From Pseudomonadota bacterium (GTDB taxonomy: Bacteria; Pseudomonadota; Alphaproteobacteria; MPNO01; UBA830), in NCBI GenBank assembly GCA_036136335.1, contig JAYZQT010000007.1, forward strand, positions 21,262 through 85,261: a stretch of 64,000 nucleotides of DNA. The letters are read 5' to 3'. The stretch's first letter is position 1; every line of letters starts with the position of its first letter. This document shows positions 1 through 9,105 of the stretch, in pieces. Under the pieces are notes generated by a model. It made no database searches. It was not told the origin of the DNA and saw only the letters and a list, made by a program, of their open reading frames with translations. Made by a program: the position numbers and the translations under genes.

Positions 1-64
1 CTTCCTTACGGCGCGGCGAGTCTCCGAGCTTTACATTCACGCGCGTTCCCTTCATGACATCCAT
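1..64 (-). CDS. 5' end (partial, runs off the window) of a probable xanthine dehydrogenase/CoxL-family Mo-binding large subunit
   Basis: Minus-strand frame from ATG at 64 reads MDVMKGTRVNVKLGDSPRRKE(D), matching the G-x-S-x-x-R-x-E-D N-terminal signature of this family. It follows the CE4 gene on the same strand. Only about 21 codons are visible. Confidence 0.5.
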   Translation of the reverse strand, partial: MDVMKGTRVNVKLGDSPRRKE

Positions 65-131
65 ATGCTGCCTGTGCCCGGACGAGACATTCTAATTCCG
101 TTTTGGCCCGGCCAACAGCCTCCTGCCCTTT

Positions 132-998
132 TCATGTCACCGACCGATACCAATCCAGAATTTTCCCACCCGTCCACATAACTGCCCCGTCATGCTTTGA
201 AATTTCATCCAGCACCCTTTCAAAGTACTTAATTCTGAATGGCGTGCCGGAAATATATGGATGGACAGCGATTGCCATCACCCGTGCATTCTGTTCACCC
301 TCCTGATAGAGCCTTTCAAAATTATCCATACACCGGTCATAGAATTCTGCCGCCTTGTGATGTTGAACGATCATCATGGGTATGTCATTGAGTTCGACGG
401 TGTAAGGAATGGAGACGAGCGGGCCGTGCTTTGTCTTTACTTCGAAAGGCTGATCATCCATGGGAAAGTCGGCAACATACTCGATCCCTTCTTCCCGCAG
501 GTAATCCGGCGTTTCAAATGTTTCCGTGAGCCCGGGTCCCATCCACCCGCGGGGCGGTTTTCCGGTGAAATTATATATGGCCTTTATCGTCTGCCTGATA
601 TCAGCCGGCTGATCATCAATAAGATGGGTGGGTCGTTGATGATACGCGTGGCCGAGAAATTCCCAGCCCGCATCATGAGCCGCCTGCGCAAGCCTCGGAT
701 ATTGCATACACACGGAACCATTTAGCGATAACGTGGTCGGGATATTTCGCGACGTGAGCGCCTCGTGGAATCGCCAGAAGCCAACCCGCATTCCATACTC
801 CTGCCACGACCAGTTGGGAATGTCGGGTATATGCACCTGTCCACCTGGCGGTGGAAGGACAGTGCGGGCCATGGGTTTGTCGATGTCCCAGTTCTCAATG
901 TTGACAATGACCCAGACTGCCACTCGCTTTCCATCAGGGAGTTCAAGCGGCGTACGGTCAGAAATTGCCGAATATGCGATACGATCGCGAGGTTTCAT
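132..998 (-). CDS. Polysaccharide deacetylase (CE4) family hydrolase, PuuE allantoinase-like
   Basis: Motifs YGMRVGFWR, EFLGH, PRGWMGPGL, DDQP, IPYTVELND, MAIAVHPYISG. ATG at 998 follows a GGAAGG RBS-like sequence. Confidence 0.85.
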   Translation of the reverse strand: MKPRDRIAYSAISDRTPLELPDGKRVAVWVIVNIENWDIDKPMARTVLPPPGGQVHIPDIPNWSWQEYGMRVGFWRFHEALTSRNIPTTLSLNGSVCMQYPRLAQAAHDAGWEFLGHAYHQRPTHLIDDQPADIRQTIKAIYNFTGKPPRGWMGPGLTETFETPDYLREEGIEYVADFPMDDQPFEVKTKHGPLVSIPYTVELNDIPMMIVQHHKAAEFYDRCMDNFERLYQEGEQNARVMAIAVHPYISGTPFRIKYFERVLDEISKHDGAVMWTGGKILDWYRSVT

Positions 999-1115
999 AA
1001 CCAAGTGCTTACCCTTCCGTAAAGCCCCTGCCGGGCAAATCCAGTCAATGAAGGCACAGGGTCACTTATTCCTGACAACACTGTTACCGCTGGCAGTGGG
1101 TGGGCATTGCCCTCA

Positions 1116-2432
1116 TCATTTTTCCATTAGGCTCGGCAACCATAGCGGGAGTTCCGGTATCGCCACCATCAGGAGAACGAGGATCAGATCGCACAATAGA
1201 AATGGTGCAGCCGCACCGGCTACCTGGAGAAGCGTCGTCCCCCTCGGTGCCATGCCCAGCATTATGAAGAGAAGAAGCCCGAAAGGTGGAGTGGTCTGGC
1301 TCATTTCCAGCGCGATTAGCACAATCAGGGAAAACCAGATTAAGTCGAACCCCAAACTCTGCGCCAGTGGATAGAAAATCGGAACCGTTATCAGCATCAT
1401 GGATACCGGATCCATAAACATGCCAAGCATCAACAATACGAGGAACATAATTGTCAGAATGACGTAGGGGCCAACCGCAAATCCTGTAGCAAAGGCAAGC
1501 ATGCCCTCGCTCGCCCCTGACAGAGCCAGAAGCTGACTGAACACAGTAGAATTCATTAAAATAAAGAACACCATTCCCGCGGTCCTGACGGTGCCCATTA
1601 AAGATGTTTTAAAGGCCTCCCAGGTAAACACGCGGAAAAGTACAGCCAGAAATACAACGCCCAATACGCCGAACGAGGCCGATTCTGAAGGAGTGGCCCA
1701 TCCTAGGACGATAAAACCGACCACCATAAAAACAACCAGACCCATCGGCAGTATGTTGACACACACTTCAAAAACCTTTTGCCGTAACGAGATAGGATCC
1801 ACTTCGTAGGTCGGTGCACCTTCCGGATTTATTTTGAGCTGTAGGGTGATCATGCCCGCGTACAATGTGGCCAGCACTAGCCCGGGTAACAGACCCGCGA
1901 TCAGAAGCATCCCGACATCAACGTTGGCGATGCTCGCAAGAAGAACACCCAAGGACGAGGGCGGTATAATCATTGCAAGGCCACCGGTCCCCAGTATTGG
2001 GCCCATAGACATTCGCCCGTTGTAACCCCGGCGCCGCATTTCGGGCACAAGAAGGGAGCCAAGCATCGCGGTATTGGCCATTGTAGACCCAGTGAGCGTC
2101 GAGAATAACGAACCACCAATTACGGTGAGGTAGCAAAGGCGCCCGGGAATCTTGCCCAGAAGCTTATCTAGCGCATCGAACACGCGGGACGCCAACCCGG
2201 TATAAAAAAACAGGGAGCCCATAAGAATGAACATGGGTATGGGGGCGAGTGTGAAGGTCGTGATTAAATATGTTGAATTATCAACAATTTGAATCAGATT
2301 GGACCAGCCATTCGAGAACACAAAAATGCCCAGGACATTCGTAATCATAAAGGCAATTGCGACGGGAAAACCCGTTGCCATCAGGAAGACCAGAACGCCA
2401 ATCAAAAGCATTCCAGCCAAATACCATTCCAT
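1116..2432 (-). CDS. dctM: TRAP transporter large permease
   Basis: About 12 hydrophobic segments; LAPIPMFILMG, GGLAMIIPPS and TPPFG motifs. Confidence 0.92.
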   Translation of the reverse strand: MEWYLAGMLLIGVLVFLMATGFPVAIAFMITNVLGIFVFSNGWSNLIQIVDNSTYLITTFTLAPIPMFILMGSLFFYTGLASRVFDALDKLLGKIPGRLCYLTVIGGSLFSTLTGSTMANTAMLGSLLVPEMRRRGYNGRMSMGPILGTGGLAMIIPPSSLGVLLASIANVDVGMLLIAGLLPGLVLATLYAGMITLQLKINPEGAPTYEVDPISLRQKVFEVCVNILPMGLVVFMVVGFIVLGWATPSESASFGVLGVVFLAVLFRVFTWEAFKTSLMGTVRTAGMVFFILMNSTVFSQLLALSGASEGMLAFATGFAVGPYVILTIMFLVLLMLGMFMDPVSMMLITVPIFYPLAQSLGFDLIWFSLIVLIALEMSQTTPPFGLLLFIMLGMAPRGTTLLQVAGAAAPFLLCDLILVLLMVAIPELPLWLPSLMEK

Positions 2433-2452
2433 AGCCAAATAAAACCTTCTAT

Positions 2453-2968
2453 CTAAACGCTATCTTTTACTTCGCCCAGGTCGTAACTGTAGAAAGACTT
2501 CGGCCCAATTAAAAAAAGACCAAATTCCAACGCCACAAGCAGAAAACAAATAGGCATTGGTAGGAACAAACTCCAATAAGGCATGTCGATGCCTCGGATA
2601 TCGGGCTCCTGGCTGGCCCAAGCCTCAAAAAACAGTTCGGTGGCATAATAGAAGAAAAGCAGGCACACACTCATGCACCCAATGTAAACCAGCTTGGCTA
2701 GCCACCATTGCAGTGTTTTGGGGAGGACTGAAACCAGAGCTTCTATTGTCACGTGGCCTCTGTGTCGGACCAGGTAGGGCGCACAGCACATCGCAAAGTA
2801 AAGAAGAGCATACTCCACAACCGAAAGTGTAAATGCTGGCGGCGTGAAGTTCATCGTCCGCATTGTCACATCTATAACGATGTTAACAAACATGCAGGCA
2901 ACGATGGCGCAGGCAAACACCGCCAGCGCCATCGATAACCTGTCTAAGATACGGTCTACAAAGTCCAT
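2453..2968 (-). CDS. dctQ: TRAP transporter small permease
   Basis: 171 aa with 4 TM segments and a GHV motif; lies between dctP and dctM. Confidence 0.88.
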   Translation of the reverse strand: MDFVDRILDRLSMALAVFACAIVACMFVNIVIDVTMRTMNFTPPAFTLSVVEYALLYFAMCCAPYLVRHRGHVTIEALVSVLPKTLQWWLAKLVYIGCMSVCLLFFYYATELFFEAWASQEPDIRGIDMPYWSLFLPMPICFLLVALEFGLFLIGPKSFYSYDLGEVKDSV

Positions 2969-2996
2969 AATCTACAGTGAAGCGGAGAAAATTCGC

Positions 2997-3992
2997 CTAT
3001 TCTCTGTACATCTTGGCCTTCAGCTTTGCGCCAAATTCCGGAGAACGCTTAGCCAACTGTTCCCAGATGGCACCATGGGCAATCGCCAGATATTTCTTTG
3101 CTGCACCGCCTTTCAGCGCAATATCTTTCACACCTTCGGCATGAAGGATTTTTTCTTCCTTGGATCTCTGAGCTTCCATGTAGATCGGCCCTGTCGCTTC
3201 ATATCCAATCGCTACGTTGTCAATGATCCCCTTCGCTTCCTTTGAAAGCTTGTTATAGAAATTGAGGTTCATGGTTTCGACGGAGTTGGTTACGTAAAAC
3301 GCAGGGGTTACTCTGTACTTGACAATCTTGTGCAAACCGAGCGGGACGATAGCAACGTCAGGCCATCCAAATCCGGAAACAACACCACGCTGTATACCAG
3401 TATAGATTTCGCTTGATTTCATATTGATCGTTGACGCTCCAAGGGCATTGAAAAGTGGGCGATACGTGCCGGTGGCCCTCATTTTAACACCGTTCAGATC
3501 TGGGACACCGTCCTTGTCGAACTTGGGCATCATCATCAGATACATGTTGTATTTGGTTTTGTTCGGCCCAAAACCAATCAACCGCGCGCCAACCTTCTTC
3601 TTGAAGACTTCCTGCAAAATCTCCCATCCGCCATTGGCGCGGAATACCTGCACAGGAACGTTTGAGGCCAGAAAAGCATAACCTTCAGGCACCGCACCAA
3701 TATAATACGAAATGGGCGAATGCAGCCAGTCGAACTGCCCGCGCTGAAGCGCTTTGGCCGCTTTTCGCGGGGGCACGACGCTGTGCCCACCAAGATATTT
3801 CATTGCCACAACGCCTTTTCCAACGGCATTAAGGGGTTCCACCATGTTTTTCAAAAAATTCTGCGTGATGGTATTAGAGCGTTTCAGACCTGACACTGCC
3901 TTGATGTTGGTCACCGCGCTCGCCGAAGAGACAAAAGCCCCTGCGGCCAGGAGGCCAACTCCGGCCATTAAAAACCTTTTACGTACCTGCAT
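2997..3992 (-). CDS. dctP: TRAP substrate-binding protein (DctP family)
   Basis: Signal peptide ending ASA; GVKMR motif with the conserved Arg; EIYTGIQRGVV. AAGGAGG lies 8 nt upstream of the ATG at 3992. Confidence 0.88.
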   Translation of the reverse strand: MQVRKRFLMAGVGLLAAGAFVSSASAVTNIKAVSGLKRSNTITQNFLKNMVEPLNAVGKGVVAMKYLGGHSVVPPRKAAKALQRGQFDWLHSPISYYIGAVPEGYAFLASNVPVQVFRANGGWEILQEVFKKKVGARLIGFGPNKTKYNMYLMMMPKFDKDGVPDLNGVKMRATGTYRPLFNALGASTINMKSSEIYTGIQRGVVSGFGWPDVAIVPLGLHKIVKYRVTPAFYVTNSVETMNLNFYNKLSKEAKGIIDNVAIGYEATGPIYMEAQRSKEEKILHAEGVKDIALKGGAAKKYLAIAHGAIWEQLAKRSPEFGAKLKAKMYRE

Positions 3993-4153
3993 GTTAAACA
4001 CCTCCTTGATTTATGAATGGTTTTTTATTCTTCGCGACCATTCTGCCGATTGTTAATTCCCATGTCAAATAACGGAAAAATTTAACGGGACGCAAAGCAC
4101 CACCTAATTATTGTTTTTTTACAATGAATTAGAGGTTATTTTAGTTTTTTTTA

Positions 4154-4230
4154 CCGGATCCGAAACAGGGTTAATGTCAGTCCATTCGTAATCGTAGGGA
4201 CAGACATTAACCTTCGAAAGAGTGATCCGG
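4154..4230. repeat. Nested inverted repeat / potential stem-loop of unknown function
   Basis: CCGGATC (4154-60) pairs with GATCCGG (4224-30); GGTTAATGTC-A-GTCC (4169-83) pairs with GGAC-A-GACATTAACC (4198-4212) around a 14-nt loop. Confidence 0.6.
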
Positions 4231-4361
4231 CGCGCATTGACCTCAGCATAAAAATTCCGCTTGAAATCAGGTCAAATTCTGGTGGCTGGACTAGCACGAT
4301 CTCTCGTGAAACTGAAAACGGTTAAACGCAAAACATTTATTGTGTTTTGACGAATTTGTAT

Positions 4362-6710
4362 TCACGCAGACGCCTTTGTTATGGCAGCGTGGACCCGGAC
4401 CGGTGTCATGGGCATCGCAATATCCGAAACCCCCAGCGGTTTCAACGCATCTATGACAGCATTTACGGCAACGATCGGCGAAATCGCGACACCCGCTTCT
4501 CCAACTGCTTTGGCTCCAAGCGGGTTTGTTTTTGTTGGAACCGGATTTAATTCACAGATAAACCCTGCAGTGGGACTGTCTTCAGCCCTCGGCAGACCAT
4601 AGTCCAAAAACGAACCAGAAAGCATCTGCCCAGTTGCCGTATCGTAGACGATATGTTCGGAAAAAGCCTGACCCAAACCGTGTACTACACCACCATGCAG
4701 CTGTGCCTCTACCAACAAAGGATTTACCGGCGTACCACAATCATGCACCATTACGTATCGCTCCACCCGAATTGCGCCAGTGTCAGTGTCCACCTCCACC
4801 TCACAACTATGGGTACCATTGGGATAGGTATGATCTGCGGGCATAAAACGCTCGCATGCTGCAAGCCCGCCAGCCATTTCGGCAATTTTTCCAAATGTTG
4901 CCCGCCGGTCGGTTCCGACAACAACATAGCAACCATCGGAGAATTCGATGTCTTCAGCGGCGACTTCAAGGAAACCTGCCGCCAGGGTTTGGCCAGTTTC
5001 GATAATTCTGTCCGTGGTTTCGGCTACCGCGGAGCCACCGACAATGATTGAACGGCAGGCGCCCGTACCGGTACCATAACGAATCTCGTTCGTATCCCCC
5101 TGTATTACCTTGATCTTTTCTACAGGGAGACCCAGTTTCCCAGCGAGGATCTGCGCATAGACGGTTTCATGTCCCTGTCCATTCGACATCGAACCAATCC
5201 GCAATTCAGCGGTGCCGTCAGGGAAACAGCGGATATCGGCTTCCTCATCGAGCCCAAACCCCAACGCCTCGATCGTATTGCAGATCCCAAACCCTCGCAA
5301 AAGGCCACTCGCTTCCGAAATTGCCTGCCTCTCGGCGTATCCTGTTCTGTCTGAAAGCTCCAGTGCACGCGTCAGGTTGGCATGAAAGTCGCCACAATCA
5401 TATTTCAATGATGTAACAGTGTGGTATGGAAGCTGCGCGGAAGAGATAAGGTTGCGACGACGGAGATCTATTCTATCCCGGCCTGTTTCCAGAGCGGCGG
5501 CATCCATCAGTCGTTCTGGTGTATACTGGCCTTCAGGTTCCCCGGCGCCGCGGATGGGGCAGGACGGAACTGTATTCGTCAACACACCCCACGCTTCGAA
5601 ATACCCTACGGGCACATCGTAGGTAGACGGCGCAATCTTGATTGAGTTCCGAACCGGATTAACCGCTCTTGGCGCAAGATAGGCACCCAAGTTTCCCAAA
5701 TTTTTAACCCGCATCGCAAGCAGTTGGTAACCCGCATCAAACGCAAATTCCGCTTCTGATACCAGGTCGCGGGAATGGACATCCGAAAGAAATGATTCTG
5801 CCCGCCCAGAAATCCATCGTACCGGTCGCCCTACCCGACGCGCTGCCCACAACACCAGTACTTGCTCTGGATAAACAATGTTTTTGGAACCAAAACCACC
5901 GCCGAGCCGTGGAACAATCACGCGTATACTGCCGGGCTCACAAAAGAAACAGTGCTTTGCGAGGGTATTGCGAACCGAATGTGGTTTACCGGCAGTCGCG
6001 TAGAGCGTGTATTCTTCCGCTGTGGCATTCCACGTGCCGCAATATCCACGTGGTTCAAGCGGCGCGCCAACACCCCGGTTCTGAACGTGTTGTATACGGG
6101 TTACGTGAGCCGCCTTTTTAAATTCTGCCTTGGTTTTTTCCTCGTCTCCTATGGTTAATCGGAAACAGACATTGTCGGGAAACCGGGGATCAACAACCGG
6201 CGCGTCAATCTTTATCGCCTCCCTCACGTCGGTAACTGCGGGCAACTCTCGATAAACAACCGCGACTTGCTCCGCACCATCAAATGCCGCGTTGACCGTT
6301 TCGGCAATTACCATAGCTACAATCTGACCAACGTAGACGACCCTATCGGCCGGCATAGCTGGCTGTGACCGGGCTATGGATGGATCGCCCTGCTCTGGCT
6401 GTTTTTCATCATTGGCCGTCGCATAAACTGGCTGGATTTCCCAAGGGATCCCGCCAATTCCGTCTTTCTCGAGCTCCAGGCCGGTCAGAACGGTGATTAC
6501 CCCGGGCACCCGCAACGCCGCACTGGGATCGACAGACAAAATATCTCCGTGCGGCTTTTCAGACCGCACAAAGGCGACATGAGTTTCGCGGGACAGATGC
6601 GTATCATCGAAAAACCTGGCCGCACCGCGCAAAAGCTCATCATCTTCCAGCCGCAGTATGGGTTTACCCACGAGAGAACCGGCACCTGGATATGGGTAAC
6701 TTTTATACAT
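4362..6710 (-). CDS. Xanthine dehydrogenase/CoxL-family molybdopterin-binding large subunit (stand-alone)
   Basis: VGKPILRLED, LGGGFGSK, RGAG loop, GQGHET, HDCG..NP and AKAVGE motifs. Start moved to ATG 6710 because the longer ORF overlaps iorA head-to-head. Confidence 0.88.
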   Translation of the reverse strand: MYKSYPYPGAGSLVGKPILRLEDDELLRGAARFFDDTHLSRETHVAFVRSEKPHGDILSVDPSAALRVPGVITVLTGLELEKDGIGGIPWEIQPVYATANDEKQPEQGDPSIARSQPAMPADRVVYVGQIVAMVIAETVNAAFDGAEQVAVVYRELPAVTDVREAIKIDAPVVDPRFPDNVCFRLTIGDEEKTKAEFKKAAHVTRIQHVQNRGVGAPLEPRGYCGTWNATAEEYTLYATAGKPHSVRNTLAKHCFFCEPGSIRVIVPRLGGGFGSKNIVYPEQVLVLWAARRVGRPVRWISGRAESFLSDVHSRDLVSEAEFAFDAGYQLLAMRVKNLGNLGAYLAPRAVNPVRNSIKIAPSTYDVPVGYFEAWGVLTNTVPSCPIRGAGEPEGQYTPERLMDAAALETGRDRIDLRRRNLISSAQLPYHTVTSLKYDCGDFHANLTRALELSDRTGYAERQAISEASGLLRGFGICNTIEALGFGLDEEADIRCFPDGTAELRIGSMSNGQGHETVYAQILAGKLGLPVEKIKVIQGDTNEIRYGTGTGACRSIIVGGSAVAETTDRIIETGQTLAAGFLEVAAEDIEFSDGCYVVVGTDRRATFGKIAEMAGGLAACERFMPADHTYPNGTHSCEVEVDTDTGAIRVERYVMVHDCGTPVNPLLVEAQLHGGVVHGLGQAFSEHIVYDTATGQMLSGSFLDYGLPRAEDSPTAGFICELNPVPTKTNPLGAKAVGEAGVAISPIVAVNAVIDALKPLGVSDIAMPMTPVRVHAAITKASA

Positions 6711-6903
6711 AATCGGGTCATAGTCGGAAGATTGGAAAGAGACAACGGCACTAGCGATGTTTCTGGAACAAATTTCACCAATTTGGGGTATCCTTTGCCG
6801 GGGGTTGTCTAAAGGCCTATAATCATGCCGGCCGCAGAAGAACCCGCGATTAAACCGGTTTTGGCGAAACGCAATATGGCCCCTGGACAGCAGGAGAAAA
6901 GCT

Positions 6904-9105
6904 ATGGAACGGACCTTCACAAAGGAAGTTGAATTACTGCGCCGTGGCGATGGAGAACATTTTGAAGGTGAAGGCATCCTTGCCATCACCAAAGCCCTGC
7001 TTCAGGCGGGCGTGTCCTACGTCGGCGGATATCAGGGCGCGCCGATATCACATCTGATGGACGTCCTGACTTCGGATTCCAAAGGTCTTATGGCGGAACT
7101 CGGCGTACACACGGAAGTTTGTGCAAATGAGGCTGCGGCGTGCGCCATGCTTGCTGCATCGGTCAACTACCCAATTAGAGGTGCCGTAACATGGAAATCA
7201 ACCGTCGGCACAAATGTCGCATCGGACGCACTGTCAAACGTAGCTTCGTCCGGAGTAATGGGCGGCGCGCTGATTGTGTTGGGTGAAGATTATGGCGAAG
7301 GCTCTTCCATCATACAGGAACGAAGCCATGCCTTTGCCATGAAATGTTCGGTCTGGCTGGTGGATCCCCGTGTCAATCACCCCCGGATTGTAGAACTGGT
7401 TGAAAAATCTTTTGAACTGTCCGAGGCAAGTAACACTCCCGTGATGATGGAGTTCAGAATTAGGGCCTGTCATGTGACTGGTCGCTTCAAGACAAAAAAC
7501 AACAAAAAACCGAAGTATTCGATGAATGATCCGATACCGGAGCCGGATTACAATCTCGACCGGATAGCGTTGCCACCCTCTACGTATCTTCAGGAGAGAA
7601 TGAAGGTGGAAAAACGGTTCCCGGCGGCCATCGAATTCATTCGGGACAACCATCTCAACGAGTTTTTTCCGGGCGACTGCGATGACATCGGGATCATCTG
7701 CCAAGGTGGCCTCTACAACTCGGTTATTCGGGGTTTACAACAGCTCAGTCTTGCCGACCCGTTCGGCAACTCCCGAATACCCATCTATTGCATGAATGTT
7801 ACCTATCCCATGGTGCCAGAAGAAGTAAGCCAATTCTGTGCAGGCAAAAGAGCGGTCTGTATCGTAGAAGAAGGTTTCCCGGACTACCTTGAACAGGCAC
7901 TGAATGCGACCCTACGCAAGGTGGATCTGAATACCACCGTTGTTGGAAAAGATGTCTTTCCAAAAGCGGGGGAATATCAGTCCGAAGTTATGATGAATGG
8001 TCTTGCCAAGTTCGTGGAGGGGACCGCACCGAAGGATATAGACCTCATTCCAGTTACCTCTGCGACCAAGGCCGTTGCTGACAACAAGGCCCTTGCGGCG
8101 GAACTCCTTGGATCGCCTATACCGAAACGTCCACCGGGCTTCTGTACCGGTTGCCCCGAACGTCCGGTCTTTTCTGCTCTGAAGCTGGTTCAACGAGATC
8201 CGGAAATTGGCAAGATGCACATCTCTGCAGATATCGGTTGCCACACATTTTCGACGCTTCCACCGTTTAATATGGGTAACACTGTAACGGGCTATGGGCT
8301 TGGTCTGGCAAGTTCCGCCGGAGTCAAAGACACAATGAAGGGTCATACCATATCCATTATGGGGGATGGTGGATTCTGGCATAACGGCCTGGCCACCGGG
8401 ATCGCGGGGGCCGTCTACAATAAACACGACAACCTTTTGATTGTTATGGCAAATGGTTATTCGTCAGCAACGGGGCAGCAGCACCTGCCGTCGACTACCG
8501 CCGGTGGCCTTCGCCCACCAGACACCGTTGTACCGATCGAGAGTGCGCTCAAGGGTGTCGGAGTGAAATGGATAAAAAAACAGTACACGTATCAGGTGGG
8601 CAAGATGCGCAACCTGATCAAAGAGGCACTGACATCGGGTGAGAAAGGCCTAAAGGTCATCATCGCCGAAGCGGAATGCCAGATCGCCAAACAGCGCCGA
8701 GAAAAGCAAGTTGTTTCCAAAATGCTCAAATCGGGAAAACGCGTGATCCGGACCCGGTTTGGCGTTGACGAGGATACCTGTACAGGCGATCATTCCTGCA
8801 TACGCCTGTCTGGTTGTCCTTCCCTTTCCGTCAAACCGAACCCGGACCCGTTAAGGAAGGATCCGGTGGCAAGTGTCCTGAATTCCTGTGTTGGTTGTGG
8901 GTTGTGCGGTGAGGTATCTGACGCAGCCGTACTCTGTCCTTCGTTTTATCAGGCAGAAATTATTCAAAACCCCGGGCTTCTGGACCGTGTTTTGCATCGC
9001 TTTCGCACTGCGGTTATCGGGATGTTACAGGGCGGAACAGAAGCGCTTACGGATAAATCCGGTTCCGAAATCATGCCTGAAGACAACAGGATTGCAGCCG
9101 AATGA
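6904..9105 (+). CDS. iorA: Indolepyruvate:ferredoxin oxidoreductase alpha subunit family protein
   Basis: GYQGAP, ANEAAA, RPPGFCTGCPER, ADIGCH, TPP motif GDGGFWHNG, C-terminal ferredoxin cysteines (CVGCGLCG); AGGAG RBS. Confidence 0.88.
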   Translation: MERTFTKEVELLRRGDGEHFEGEGILAITKALLQAGVSYVGGYQGAPISHLMDVLTSDSKGLMAELGVHTEVCANEAAACAMLAASVNYPIRGAVTWKSTVGTNVASDALSNVASSGVMGGALIVLGEDYGEGSSIIQERSHAFAMKCSVWLVDPRVNHPRIVELVEKSFELSEASNTPVMMEFRIRACHVTGRFKTKNNKKPKYSMNDPIPEPDYNLDRIALPPSTYLQERMKVEKRFPAAIEFIRDNHLNEFFPGDCDDIGIICQGGLYNSVIRGLQQLSLADPFGNSRIPIYCMNVTYPMVPEEVSQFCAGKRAVCIVEEGFPDYLEQALNATLRKVDLNTTVVGKDVFPKAGEYQSEVMMNGLAKFVEGTAPKDIDLIPVTSATKAVADNKALAAELLGSPIPKRPPGFCTGCPERPVFSALKLVQRDPEIGKMHISADIGCHTFSTLPPFNMGNTVTGYGLGLASSAGVKDTMKGHTISIMGDGGFWHNGLATGIAGAVYNKHDNLLIVMANGYSSATGQQHLPSTTAGGLRPPDTVVPIESALKGVGVKWIKKQYTYQVGKMRNLIKEALTSGEKGLKVIIAEAECQIAKQRREKQVVSKMLKSGKRVIRTRFGVDEDTCTGDHSCIRLSGCPSLSVKPNPDPLRKDPVASVLNSCVGCGLCGEVSDAAVLCPSFYQAEIIQNPGLLDRVLHRFRTAVIGMLQGGTEALTDKSGSEIMPEDNRIAAE

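Noticed and set aside
6711-6992. 94-aa N-terminal extension of the 876-aa Mo-subunit ORF
   Set aside because: It overlaps iorA head-to-head and has no family-like sequence; the family N-terminus begins just after Met at 6710.
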